64,000 nt of DNA from Flaccisagitta enflata (Eukaryota): assembly GCA_965153355.1 (NCBI GenBank), contig OZ231126.1:2728001-2792000 (forward strand), written 5' to 3'. Position numbers and translations under genes: made by a program. The notes beneath the pieces are model-generated. The model did no database searches, was not told the DNA's origin, and saw nothing but the letters and a program-made list of their open reading frames with translations. Shown here piece by piece: positions 14,023-30,968 of this stretch; the first letter of the stretch is position 1, and each line of letters starts with the position of its first letter.

Positions 14023-16327
14023 ACCTACTATCCAGAGCAAAAGTATGGCAAAACAATAAGACTTTATTTATTCATTCAATAAATGATACATAAAATGATT
14101 CTGAAATATATTTAATAATTGATGTTCATTTCTTGGGTATCAATGACATATCATATATCATATCATATATCATATCATATATCATATCATATATCCTGTC
14201 ATATATCCTGTCATATATCATATCATATCTTATATCATATCATATCATATATCATATCATATATCATATATCAAATCATATCATATATCATATTATATAT
14301 CATATCATATATCATATCATATCATATATCATATCATATATCATATCATATATCATATATCAAATCATATCATATATCATATCATATACCATATCATATA
14401 TCATATCATATATCATATCATATATCATATCATATATCATATCATATATCACATTATATATCACATTATATATCACATCATATATATCATTTATATCATA
14501 TATACCATATATATCATAAATGATACTAATATAATCAGCTACGGTTAGGTCTTATAGAGCTGGGGATAGGTTGGATAGGTCTGGTGATAGGTCGGATAGG
14601 TCTTAGGATAGGTCTGATAGAGCTGGGGATAGGTCTGATAGAGCTGGTGATAGGTCTGATAGAGCTTGGGAAAGGTCTGATAGAGCTCGGGAGAGGCCTG
14701 ATAGAGCTCGGGATAGGTCTTATAGAGCTAGGAATGGTCTGATAGAGCTAGGGATAGGTCTGATGGAGCTAGGGATAGCTATGGATTAATAATGCCCGGC
14801 GGGATAGATCTGATAGAGCTAGGAATGGTCTGATAGAGCTAGGGATTGGTCTGTTGGAGCTAGGGATAGCTATGAATAAATAACGCTCGGCGCACCGTCT
14901 TGGCCCGTGTATCCGGCCTTGTTTAAAAAAAGGGCGCCTGGCCAACTTCCAAATACCAAAGAAATTGACCCAAAAACCAAGCATTTGGCAATGGTTTCAT
15001 AATTGCTTCAAGAACAGTCCATGGTTTGTGCAAACCACAATTTTTTCTTGAAGTCCCCTAACTTTTTGGTAAACCGGGCAACAAACCACGAACCACATTT
15101 TTTACAGTGACCTACTATCCAGAGCAAAAGTATGGCAAAACCATAAGACTTTATTTATTCATTCAATAAATGATACATAAAATGATTCTGAAATATATTT
15201 AATAATTGATGTTCATTTCTTGGGTATCAATGACATATCATATATCATATCATATATCATATCATATATCATATCATATATCCTGTCATATATCCTGTCA
15301 TATATCATATCATATCTTATATCATATCATATCATATATCATATCATATATCATATATCAAATCATATCATATATCATATTATATATCATATCATTTATC
15401 ATATCATATATCATATCATATATCATATCATATATCATATCATATATCATATATCAAATCATATCATATATCATATCATATACCATATCATATATCATAT
15501 CATATATCATATCATATATCATATCATATATCATATCATATATCACATTATATATCACATTATATATCACATCATATATATCATTTATATCATATATACC
15601 ATATATATCATAAATGATACTAATATAATCAGCTACGGTTAGGTCTTATAGAGCTGGGGATAGGTTGGATAGGTCTGGCAATAGGTCGGATAGGGCTTAG
15701 GATAGGTCTGATAGAGCTGGGGATAGGTCTGATGAGCTGGTGATAGGTCTGATAGAGCTTGGGAAAGGTCTGATAGAGCTCGGGAGAGGCCTGATAGAGC
15801 TCGGGATAGGTCTTATAGAGCTAGGAATGGTGTGATAGAGCTAGGGATAGGTCTGATGGAGCTAGGAATAGCTATGGATTAATAATGCCCGGCGGGATAG
15901 ATCTGATAGAGCTAGGAATGGTCTGATAGAGCTAGGGATTGGTCTGTTGGAGCTAGGGATAGCTATGAATAAATAACGCTCGGCGCACCGTCTTGGCCCG
16001 TGTATCCGGCCTTGTTTAAAAAAAGGGCGCCTGGCCAACTTCCAAATACCAAAGAAATTGACCCAAAAACCAAGCATTTGGCAATGGTTTCATAATTGCT
16101 TCAAGAACAGTCCATGGTTTGTGCAAACCACAATTTGTTCTTGAAGTCCCCTAACTTTTTGGTAAACCGGGCAACAAACCACGAACCACATTTTTTACAG
16201 TGACCTACTATCCAGAGCAAAAGTATGGCAAAACCATAAGACTTTATTTATTCATTCAATAAATGATACATAAAATGATTCTGAAATATATTTAATAATT
16301 GATGTTCATTTCTTGGGTATCAATGAC
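13060..16327. repeat. Tandem triplication of a ~1.09-kb unit
   Basis: Junctions at 14147/14148 and 15234/15235. The transposon end ttttttacagtg recurs at 14022, 15109 and 16202. Confidence 0.9.
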
Positions 16328-16591
16328 CACCTTTGTAGGCCTCAGCATGCGTTTGAAAAGAGAATTTAGGAAAGTTATAAAGATTTTCCTTTAGACATAA
16401 AGGGTGATTCTTTTAAGCCTTGCTATGCAACCAAAGTTTCATGTCTCTTGCTTTGTAGCTGCTTTGTTTGAGACTAAAGTTGGGGTTGAGAACTAGACTG
16501 GCCGCCAGCCAACCACCAAAAAAATTCATGCCATGTTTTATGTGCTATTGCTTCCATCTAACAAACACTGTGTCAGAATGCTATCTCTTAA

Positions 16592-17596
16592 TACTATCTT
16601 CCAAAAAGAGTACTCTTTAACGATTCTTCCAATTTAACAAAAATTGGTGACTAAATTGAAGCCCTTTAAATTTCCGAGCTAGTCGTGCAAACCGCATCCC
16701 TCTAACCTACCCTGTAATTGGTTTAGAAGTTATCTCACTTAAAGTAAAAAGACTTCCTCTTGCAGGATTCATAATTTGACTTTTTTTATGGTAGTCGTTT
16801 CTTTTCAAACAATCGTAACTCATTTGTTTTTTGATGAATCAACAAAAAATTGGTGACCAAAGTGTAGAGTTTTTCAATGGGCATTTTAACCTTTTTTACA
16901 CCAACAAAATTGGTTCAGCCGTTTAAAAGTTACGGTCAATCAAAGTTTGAAAAGGGAAAAAATATGTGATTGCGCAAAATGCATGGAATACTATCACTCA
17001 AAAGAGTGCCTCAAGGGGCCCTAAAAATCACTTCCCTGGCAAATAGCAGCCAAAATTAGGTCATGATAAGCCCACATTAAAAATGAATTGCTTGGCAATT
17101 GAATGATATAGGTTCTTTAGTTAGGGGATGTTTCTAGTGAAAGTGAGACCATTGAAAAAAAGTCTCAGACCCATCAAGGATCGAACTACCGAACTATAGC
17201 AGGGGAGTTGGATGACTTATCAGTGCGCCATGAAGTACAACATACTCGGGGATGATGGGATCAGGCTAGTTTCAAAAGTGATTGGCAAATTATTGCCCAA
17301 ACGTAGTTCAAGACCTGTGCAAGAGTACCTTTTTCCAAAGATCGCAATATATGAAAGGGCATTCACAGTATAGTGGTCTATCCCCACGGTGGCGTACATG
17401 TAGCAAGCGCGACTGTGTTTCTAAAGGTGTGGGATCGAACCCTGCAATCCCCGGGAATTTTTTTCAATGGCCCTACTGCCTAAAACGCATTAATCTTGGA
17501 ATACGAGCAAAACGCGTTTCAGGCTTTCACTAGAAACATCCCCTTAATGAATAAAATAAATTCGGAGGTTGAAAGATTTTTTTTTGGAAGATAGTA
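16592..17596. mobile_element. TIR DNA element of the tactatctt...aagatagta family
   Basis: Inverted termini tactatcttccaaaaa / tttttggaagatagta. Internal similarity to 25193-25762; similar termini at 52885-53478. Confidence 0.6.
17124..17543. mobile_element. PIF/Harbinger-type MITE
   Basis: TTA|GGGGATGTTTCTAGTGAAAG...CTTTCACTAGAAACATCCCC|TTA: 20-bp TIR and 3-bp TTA TSD. Confidence 0.85.
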
Positions 17597-17916
17597 ACTA
17601 ACTGCAATTTTTTTAGCTATTTTTGATTTTGCGTAACAATTTTGTCTGTCTGTCATTTCAAAACGCTTTGACTTACATGAATGCAGTTTGCGTCATTAGA
17701 TCAGAAATTTGATCTAGTTTTAGAATCTCGCTGATTTTTATGCGGATTTTTGGTTCTAAGCAGAGATTTTGCTCAAAATATCTGTTGCCATACTTTTGCT
17801 CTAGATAGTATAACATTGGCTCCAATACAAACAGTTGCCAACCGGCCTCAATGACACCGACTGCAGCACCATCTGGTGGCCAGTTTGTGAGAGAGAGAGA
17901 GAGAGAGAGAGAGCAG

Positions 17917-18083
17917 TTTTTAGTCGCGGACACGCGACTCTACACCTTGCGCTGTCGGTCGGTAGGTCGGTATGTCGGTCCGTCCGTCCGTCTGTCCGTC
18001 ACATTTTTGAATTCCGAGCGGTTTTCGCGTTACTGCTCCTGCCCAACCGTCCGCGACTGGATTGCCGTGTATCCGGCCTTGTT
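17917..18083 (+). mobile_element. Short HINE element
   Basis: Family termini agtcgcggac / gtccgcgact and the end hairpin. Confidence 0.8.
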
Positions 18084-18640
18084 TCAAGTCGCGGACATGT
18101 GCTCATCCATTTGTCGGTCTGTCTGTCGGGTGGTCTCTCCGTCCGTGAGCATGAGTTAAAAAGTGGTTAAATGAGTGTTGTAGAAGCTTGTGTTTGTCTG
18201 GGGGTGAGGGGCGGATGGGGGTTAGAGGCCCCTACTCTGTAGTGTCGCCTTGCGGGTTTCTTGATCAGATACCGGCCTCTGCTTGTCTTATAACATTTTT
18301 GAATAAGGATTTGAATAAATGGTTACCAGGCTATCTAAATTCATAAAAATCACTTTTTAAGCCTCTTAGGTTGCCACCCTAGTCATCATTTTTGAAGAAT
18401 TCAATAGTTATGGTTTCCCTGTGAACTTGAAAGCACTGCATAGGCATAAGCGCGGGACTTGATCTTTTTGCTTACCTCGTCTCCTCGACAATCGGCAATA
18501 CATCCAACCACGCCTGTTTGGCACCTTCGATTGTCTGATTAAGGAGTCAAGACGAGGTTAGGTCGAGGAGAGATCAAGTGTACCGTATTTTTTTTCTAAA
18601 AAGCGCCCCGGGCGGTTTTGAAATTGAAATATGACTTTGC

Positions 18641-18830
18641 TTTTTAGTTGCGGACACGCAACTCTATAAGAGGCTTTGTCCGTCCGTCGGTCCGTCGGTC
18701 CGTCGGTCCATTGGTCCGTTGGTCGGTTGGTCCGTTGGTCCGTTGGTCGGTCCATCACGCTCGAGTTGAAGAGTGGGAAAACGCGCATTTCCGCCCCTGC
18801 CGCAACTGGTGGCCGTGTATCCGGCCTTGT
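18641..18830 (+). mobile_element. Short HINE element
   Basis: ttttagttgcggacacgcaactctataagaggc...gccgtgtatccggccttgtt. Confidence 0.8.
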
Positions 18831-19238
18831 TAACCTTTCATTAAGCGCCCTTTTATATTGTGGATAAACTGTCATTCAGTCTTATCTTGCCGGTCTGTTG
18901 GGTCACCCATTAGTCAGACGATGCTCCAGCCGCCCATGTTAGCCCAAGACAAGATGAAATACCTTCCTCACCTGAGTTTCCTTTCGGGCCGATCGGTCCT
19001 GTACTTCCGGTGTTTCCTGTGTGGTTGAATGATGGATTATTATGGACTGATTTGGCTCCTTATCATAACTTCGCGTGCCACGTTCGTGGCTGTCGCTCCT
19101 GCGTTTTCTCACAATAGTAGACCTCTTTTTTTATCTTATTTGATCACATCTTCTCGTATTCTTACTCACTCCGTAATTTGTATTACCTGGATTTCTTGGG
19201 TAGTTCTTTTTGCAAACTCTACGCGTAGGACACATCTA

Positions 19239-19302
<64 letters not shown>

Positions 19303-19346
19303 GTCGCTCTCTCGGTTTCGTTTGGTATTTGATACTGCTCCGCTCA

Positions 19347-19419
<73 letters not shown>

Positions 19420-20064
19420 TCTCTTGTATTATAATTGATCTATTCTTCCTTTTTTATTATTTTTTTTTCGCGTTCTCTCATTCTGTTCAATTTCGTATTG
19501 ATGTTTTTTTTCCATGAAAAAAAAAACGTTGTTACTATTGCTTATGGCAATGTCAGGGGCGTTCCCCTTGGGATTGCAGACTGTGACCACATGACGGACT
19601 CTTACTATGTGAATGAGTCGGTAGGGTTTCACCGTTGGACTCATTTTTTGTCTTATTGATTCCATTTCAGAAAAAAAATCACTCCCAGCAGGGCATCGGG
19701 TACCGCTGACCATGTGCAATCCTTGGATGACTTGTTTAGCTTTTGGTGGGGCAGCCATTTTAGGGACAAAAAGGATAAGTTTTAGGGTTCAAGACAGAAA
19801 TTCAAAAATTGCTCTGATGACGCCATTTATATTCCCCTTAGGTACTCAAAATAACTTCAAGCTTAAACATCAATGCAACTGAATTGACTGTAGGGGGGTA
19901 TGCTAAAACTTTTGCGCCTCCACATCTTATATTTTGCGTCCATGTGTACAGAAAAATATGTAATAAAGATGCGGCAAAGACCCCCTAAAAATGTTTATAA
20001 ATCCAAACCCCTGAAAATACAGAAAAATAGACTAAAAAGCAGCGGTAAAAGGGGAAAAAGCATA

Positions 20065-20895
20065 TCAACTCAACATATCGAGACCGGAAAGGTTGATGTC
20101 GGTGGCCGTGGCTCCGACTATTTCGCTGTCGTCACCCGCCACGGGGACAATGCATGACCAAGACAGACGTTTCCTTTTCTGGTTGACGCGACGAATTTCG
20201 TTGCGCGCGCAAGAACAACAAGAAACTTTGGATTTCTTCAAGTAAAAACTGTGAGCCTCGTCGAATTTGGGGTCCGTGGCTGAAACTGACATTTGCCCGC
20301 TGCCGCTCTGACAAATGACGATGTTGGTGACAATGGGATCAAGAGAGACTATCATGAGAGATTTATGTTACGCTGGTTAGCTTGGTAAAATTTATATATA
20401 CAAAAATCTTTTGGATTTTCTCATCCACTTGGCATTGATATTGTAACAGGGTGTGCAAAATTATCCACAATTTGCCATTTAATTTTTTTAAAAGACTTTA
20501 GAAGATAATGATTTATAGAAGCATGAGTAGTATTCAAAACTAAATTTAATAATGTTAGTAATAAAACTTTTTGGGTAGATTTTACTCTAATAAAACACAG
20601 ATTTTTTAAGATAATTTGAAATTCTGCAATTAGTTTTTCTTGCTTTATAGGCCTAGTTTGTTCACTTCAATGAGATCCAGTCATGTTGATATAATTTACC
20701 TCTTTCAGCATAATGTGTGCCAAACAAAGAAAATCATTATTGAGTAATCACAAATACAAGATTCTATGATTTTATAATCTATTTGGCCTATCAAATAAAA
20801 TCCTGTCATAATCAAAATCTTTGCGTCAAATAATTTGACTCCCACAGTCGAGGTCTGGTCACTGTCGTTATATGCAAGATTACCAATTCCACGTC

Positions 20896-20984
<89 letters not shown>

Positions 20985-21689
20985 CAACGGCCAAAGTCAA
21001 TCCCAAAGGGTCGGTCCTTCAATTCAAGGGGGGGGGGGGGGTGTGTGGCTACTTTATCTATTTATTCAGCTTTTCTTATGTTGAACTTTCTCTCTAGATT
21101 TGTAAATTCTCCATTCTTTGTACGTATCAATACCTAGAGCTGCGATACCTATTTATTCACCTTCCTATGTTGAATTTTGTTTTTTAGTATTTCTGTAGAC
21201 ATATAAAAAAAATAGAAACAAAATTCCCATTACTAGTACGTAACAATACGTAGATCTGCTGTCCGAATCTGCACTGACCAAAATGGGGAAAAAACAAGGC
21301 CGGATACACGGCTACCGAAGTCGCGTGCGGGTGGGCAGGGGCCATATTTGAGGTCACCAGACTATTTGGGCAGGAGCAGTGAGGTCAAAGAAATAAAATC
21401 ATAAAAAAAAGTAAAGTGTGACGGACCAACCGACAGACCGACAGACCGACCAACGGACAAAGCGGGTTGTAGAGTCGCGTGCACGCGACTAAAAATGTGA
21501 TTAACTTGATTTAGCTCTGTGCCTGGCTTATTTCTGACCCAAAAGGGACTGACTCTTTGGGAAAAGCTGACTACTTAGCTCTTACTACCATTTTTTTTTC
21601 TGAATGATAAACAAACAAATGATAAACAGGAGAAAAAATGTACTTACGACGGCGTACTTCCGAAGGCAACATTTGTGTTTCAACGGGGG
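20065..21689 (-). CDS. Last two exons of an unidentified gene (21689-21648 and 20307-20065)
   Basis: A 42-nt exon between ttttag and gtaagt (PPLKHKCCLRKYAV) joins in phase 0 to a tttgtcag acceptor exon SGSGQMSVSATDPKFDEAHSFYLKK...LDMLS*. Confidence 0.5.
21292..21495 (-). mobile_element. Short HINE element (agtcgcgtgc variant)
   Basis: Same family as 24018-24229 and 29993-30189. Confidence 0.8.
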
Positions 21690-22344
21690 CTAAAATCAAA
21701 AATTGAAAATGAATAAAACTGAATAATTATACCAAAATAATCATTGAAATATATCACAGTTGTTATTTTATTGCAAAATTTGCATTAAATCATGAAATAG
21801 AACCAAATATTGACAAAGCTGATAAAGAAAATATATTGCAAATTACAGAAAATTTCATATTTGGTTACTAACAGGGGGCCCGTTTAAATTCTAAGATTGC
21901 ATAGAAAATGAAAAAATGAGAAAATAAAAAACAAAGTTCTCTTCCAAAAACAATTATGGAGAGAACTATGTTTTTGAAAGTGCAAAATTTTCCTGTATTT
22001 GAAAGTCTTAGAATTTAAACGGCAAGAAAAGATAAAAAAATGTAAGCAAGATTTCATTAAAATCTTGATTTTCTTTTCTTTTTTTCATGTGAATTGCATA
22101 GTTTAAATTACTTTTGATGTCAGAATATGATAAATATGTATACACCAAGTGTCTTTAAAGACAATTTGTCTATTAAAAGCATTCTTATACCATTATTGTG
22201 CTGATAATGATGCAAAAAGTATGGTGAAACACTTAATTTTCCTTCGAAAATTTGCTGTCTTACATTTATCTTTTACCAGTAAAGGCGGCTCTCCCCGACC
22301 GGAAAAAAATTGTAAGGGCTGTTTTGTGTGTGTGTGTATGTATG

Positions 22345-23195
22345 TGTCTCTCTCTCTCTCTCACCCTCTCTCTCTCTGTCTCCCTCCCGTGCTCCCTCCC
22401 TCTCTCCCCCTCCCTCTCTCCCTCTCTCCCTCCCTCCCTCCCTCCTTCTCTCCCTCCCTATCTCCCTCCCCCTCTCCCTCCCTCTTTCTCCCTCGCTCTC
22501 TCCCTTCCTCTCTCGCTCTCCCTCCCGCTCTCACTCTCCCTCCCCCTCCCACTCTCCCTCCCCCTCACCCTCCCCCTCTCGCTCCCTCTCCCTCTGTCCC
22601 TCTGTCCCTCCCTCTGTCCCTCCCCTCTCCCTCCCTTCCTCTCTCTCCCTCCCTTTCCCTCCCCCTCACCCTTTTCCTCTCACTCTCCCTCCCCCTCTCT
22701 CCCTTTCCCTCCCTCTGTTTCACTCCCCCTCCCACCCTCCCTCTCTCCCTCCTGCTCTCCCTCCCTCCCTCTCTCTTCCTCCCTTTCTCTCCCCCTCATC
22801 CTCCCCCTCTCGCTCTCCGTCCCCCTCTTTCTCTCCCTCTCCCTCCCTGTCTCTCACTCTCTCTCCCTCCCTCCCTCTCTCCCTCCCACCATCTCTCCCT
22901 CCCCCTACCCCTCCCTCCTTCTCTCTCCCTCTCTCTCTTCATTTCCCTCCCCCTCCCCTCCCCCTCTCTCTCTCTCTCCCTCCCTCCCCCTCTCTCTTTC
23001 CTTCTCTTTTCCTCCCCCTCCCCCTCTCCCTCCTACTCTCGCTCCCCCTCCCTCCCCCCTCCCCCTCCCTCTCCCTTCCTCTCCCACCCTCCCTTACTCC
23101 TTCTCCCACCCTCCCTCTCCCTCCTTCCCTCTCCTTCCCTCCCTCTCCCTCCCTCTCCTTCCCTCCCTCTCCCTCCCTCCCTCTGCCCTCTGCTG
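22345..23195. repeat. ~850-bp polypyrimidine/polypurine (CT-rich) tract
   Basis: Almost exclusively C/T on the + strand. Confidence 0.9.
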
Positions 23196-23503
23196 AACTC
23201 ATTTTTGTTGTTATTTAGGGCCCAAAATTAAGATCGATGAAAAATAAACATTTTTGAGAAAAATGCGGAAAATGTGAAGAAATAAAAAAAGATTAAAAAA
23301 TTCATAGCGCCTAAAGTATTAGTCTGACAGTGCCCTGCTTTTTTCCATAAGATGTAAAAAAGTGCCCTTTTTCACCCTGTACCAATTTCAACCCCAGCCT
23401 CGGGCGAGCCTAGTCGCTCATCAACTTCCTCAAAACATCCCAAGCGAAAATGGAAAAAAATTAATTCCTAAGCGAAACTCAAAAAATCGAAAAACGTTTT
23501 TCG

Positions 23504-23669
23504 ATTTTTAGTTGCGGACACGCAACTCTATAAGAGGCTTTGTCCGTCCGTTGGTCGGTCGGTTGGTCGGTCGGTCGGTCCGTCACGCTCGAGTTGAAAA
23601 ATAGGAAAACGCGTATTTCCGCCCCTGCCCACCCGTCCGCAACTGATGGCCGTGTATCCGGCCTTGTTT
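23504..23669 (+). mobile_element. Short HINE element
   Basis: Family termini and GGTC microsatellite. Confidence 0.8.
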
Positions 23670-24017
23670 TCCCAATAAACTGATCAAACTGCTACGCCCA
23701 AGTGTCTCGCGAGATTGCGAGACCTCGATCAAAAACCGCTCAGCGTGAGACAGAACCAATATCTCTCTTTGACAAACTCATCATATCAATTGTTCTCATG
23801 TATGCTATGCGTGCTTTGCGTAAATGATGATCCGCTCACAGCGTTGGAAATGAAAAATGTAAAAAATTGCTATATGTAGGGGGTAGGGATGGTGTTCCCA
23901 TCCATATCGTCCTTTTGGTCCTTCCAATAAATCCCATTTTCTCTCTCATACCTTGTTAGGTTATCGAGGAGAGGAACCTAGAATCCTAGTCACAAAGCAT
24001 GAATCAGATGAGCGATC

Positions 24018-24229
24018 CTTTTAAGTCGCGTGCACGCGAGTCTACAACCCGCTTTGTCCGTCGGTCGGTCGGTCGGTCGGTTGGTTGGTCGGTCGGTCGG
24101 TCACACTTTACTTTTTTTTTAATCTTATTTCTTTGACCTCACTTTTTTTAGCCCAAATGGTCTGGTGACCTCAAATATGGCCCCTGCCCAGCCGCACGCG
24201 ACTCCGGTAGCCGTGTATCCGGCCTTGTT
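24018..24229 (+). mobile_element. Short HINE element
   Basis: agtcgcgtgc / gcacgcgact sub-terminal inverted repeats and the end hairpin. Confidence 0.8.
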
Positions 24230-24339
24230 TTTGAACGCCCTAGTCTAAAATTACTTCACTGTGTGCGCCATGCAGACAGGTGCCATGAATTTACATGCCT
24301 GCAATCTTGTCTTTCCTATCTTCAGATAATACAATCAAA

Positions 24340-27869
<3,530 letters not shown>

Positions 27870-28523
27870 ATAGAGCGTTCCGTTTCATGGAAACTAGGAA
27901 TGTTTTTTGCGCTTCCACTGATTTCCGCTTTCCCTTCCGCTTCCGCTTCCGCTTCTGCTTCCACTTCCGCTTCCGCTGGCCTTTTGCATCCCAAATACTA
28001 GTAGTAGCCATTCCAACCATAGAATTGGAAGTGGTCAACTACTATCACAACATAGTTAATATTATACAGTTATTATGTAAGTATTATGCCCTAACAGTAG
28101 CCAAAAAACAGAAACAATTATTTGAGGTTGCAAAAACCCCTTGAACTGCTGCCGTATTTGCCTTAAAGGATAAAAACAGTTTCTCTTATGCTGTGCTTAC
28201 TTGAGCCATGGCGCTAATGCCTTGTTTGCATTCAAAGAGGAATAGAAAATTTGTAAACATTTTGCAAAGTAAAGACCTACAATTTGTGTAAAAAAAGTTC
28301 TACTCCACTACAAATACTGCATTTGTTTTAAAGTCATGTGTATGATGTTTAAATGAATAATGCATTTTTCGCATTGTTTGATATTTCTACAGCTTTCCAT
28401 ACAATCTTTCATTACGAATTCTTTTTTTATTCAACTGAGATACATCATAAGTCATTGCCAATGGGAAGATAGTACAGCGATCATTTCCATATTTTAACCA
28501 AATAAGGAGGCGTTTTCAGTCCC

Positions 28524-28792
28524 AATTCAGTCAGTGGACAAAACGGTATTTGTAGATATGTCAGCAGTTTGGCATATCTCAACCCATTGAGATCTCTCAT
28601 TCTGGCATTTCTCAACCCCTTGAGATCTCTCATTCTAGCACATTTCAACGCATCTCTCATATTCAAGATTCATCTTAGTAGAATGAGAGATCTGAACGCG
28701 TTGAAATATGTCAGCATGAGAGATCTCAACGGGTTGAGATATGCCAAACTGCTGACATATCTACAAATACCGTTATGTCCATAGACTGAATT
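28524..28792. repeat. ~270-bp near-perfect palindrome (foldback MITE)
   Basis: acggtatttgtagatatgtcagcagtttggcatatctcaaccc pairs with gggttgagatatgccaaactgctgacatatctacaaataccgt. Internal 30-bp tandem subunits. Confidence 0.85.
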
Positions 28793-29226
28793 TATCTTCT
28801 CTGCATATGGAAGGTTTGATTACTCAACTCCGTAAAGAAAATATGGACAACTAGTCTTTCTTTTTGATGCATGCATTACGTTCCCTGCCAAGTTTTGTTC
28901 ATTAATGTTTGGAAGCTCCAAAATTTTGTCATGTCTATCTGGCATTTCAAAACCGAGTGTTAATGGAGACCAATTGTTTTTGACAAGTAGAACAAAAAAT
29001 TCTATCTCCTACTAATACTATTATAAAAAATCAGCATGTGAAAATATGCCAGGAAATTCAGCTGTAGGTCTAGTACACACCAGTACACACCAGTTAGTAG
29101 ACTAAAAGAAAAATAATGCATCACAATCGAACAAGTAGCGGCAGGGGTACATTTTAATGCTCAAAAGTGCAGGGTTACACCTTTGCAATAGAAATAGTAA
29201 ATGAGTTGTACATTAAAAGTGTGTAT

Positions 29227-30881
29227 TTAGACGTCGGGAAAATATCGAAAAATGGTAAAAACTCTTCAACCACCGGCTTAAATGATGACCAGATGTGTTG
29301 CAATGATATAATAATCATAAAAAGTCCTTAATTTTGAATATCCTATCAACGGAAAAAATAATGCGTCAAGAGCTACAAACCAGAGCAAATTGATAAACTT
29401 TTTAGATAAATCTTTGGACGAATTCTATTGTAACTCTGCAATAGCTTATATTTCTAGGGCAAAAATCTGAATTCTAAAGTGAATCTGACATAGTTTTCGA
29501 CGTAGAATCCAAATCCGGCGTCAAAAATGAGTTTGACTGACGCTAGATGGCGACAAATGACGCCCTTTATAGGCGCGCCACTTCCGGTTATGGTGAAATT
29601 GCTAATTTGGATATAATTCAGCCCAAGCGCATAAGAGAACGTGGTTATCTATACTATATCAGGTGGAACAAACCCAGTGTCACTCACTAAGTCGGCTTTT
29701 TTGGATACATTCTACCCAAGCGACGTCACTACCAGTTGAAAAAAAAACATTTTTGTAATGAAAATTTACAATAATGTAGACTGAAAGATGTATGGCGCAA
29801 CAACAAGTTACGGGGGCTCACGATATCATTAGGAGCGTGTACCCCCCTAAACACACACTTATATGCACATGTTTACACTTTTCGACCGACAGATGGACCG
29901 ACAGACAAAGCCTCTCAAAGTCTCGAGTATGTACCATAAAGCTTTCAACTCTTTGATGAGTAACGCCTTACATCCAGTTTCCGTTATAAAGAAACAAGGC
30001 CGGATACACGGCTACCCAAGTCGCCTGCAGGTGGGCAGGGGCAGTGATGAAATAGACCAGCTGGGCAGTTGGGCGGGAGCTGTAACCCCAAAACCGCTCA
30101 TGAACGCCAAAAAAGCAAAGTGTTACCGACCAACGGACGGACGGACCGACGGACAGAGTGGGTTGTAGAGTCGCGTGCACGCGACTAAAGAAAGAACAAA
30201 TGGATTTTCATGTGTCTTTCTTAAGATTTCTTTTATATTTCATCAGTATTTCAAAATTTCATCAGTATTTCAAATTTTCATGAGTATTTCATTAGATGTG
30301 AATGAATTTAACTTTCAAAATGTTAGTTTAGATATGAAAACGGAATACAAAACACAAACAATCAAAACAGCGCTAACTCCGTATCTTTTTGACCAAACCC
30401 TTTGATGAGTCCTTTTGGGCAGCAGCCCCGAAGGGGTCAATGACCTGTGCTTTCACACATATGGGGAATTTCCTCTCCTTCTCCTTCTCCTCCTCCTCCT
30501 TCTTTTCTGTCCCCCCCCTCAAATCTCAGTTTTGAAGCTCAAATTCCAGTCTTGAGGTCCAAATCCCAGGCGCCCCAAGGCCAAAATCCCAGCCTAGAGG
30601 CCCAAATCCTAGCTTCAAGGCCCAAATCCTTTCCTGGAGGCCTAGATCCCAGCCTTGAGGCCCAAATCTCAGCCTCAAGGTCCAAACCCCAGTCAAGAGG
30701 CCCTAGTCCCAACGTCAAGGCTGAGATTTGGGCCACAACGCTGGGATCTGGGCCTCCAGGCAAGGATTTGAGCCTCGAGGCTGGGATTTGGGCCTCGAGA
30801 CTGAGATTTGGGCCTCGAGACTGGGATTTGGGCCTCGAGACTGGGATTTGGGCCTCAAGACTGGAATTTGAGCTTGAGACA

Positions 30882-30968
<87 letters not shown>

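Noticed and set aside
8645-15642. ISYH/YHII ORFs
   Set aside because: Translations of the (CATAT)n satellite.
22149-23231. 300-360 aa Pro/Ser/Leu ORFs in all three frames
   Set aside because: A CT-only tract cannot contain stop codons; there is no coding signal.
27871-27980. tagagcgttcc with (TTCCGC)n, possibly another hAT left end
   Set aside because: No matching right end or TSD located.
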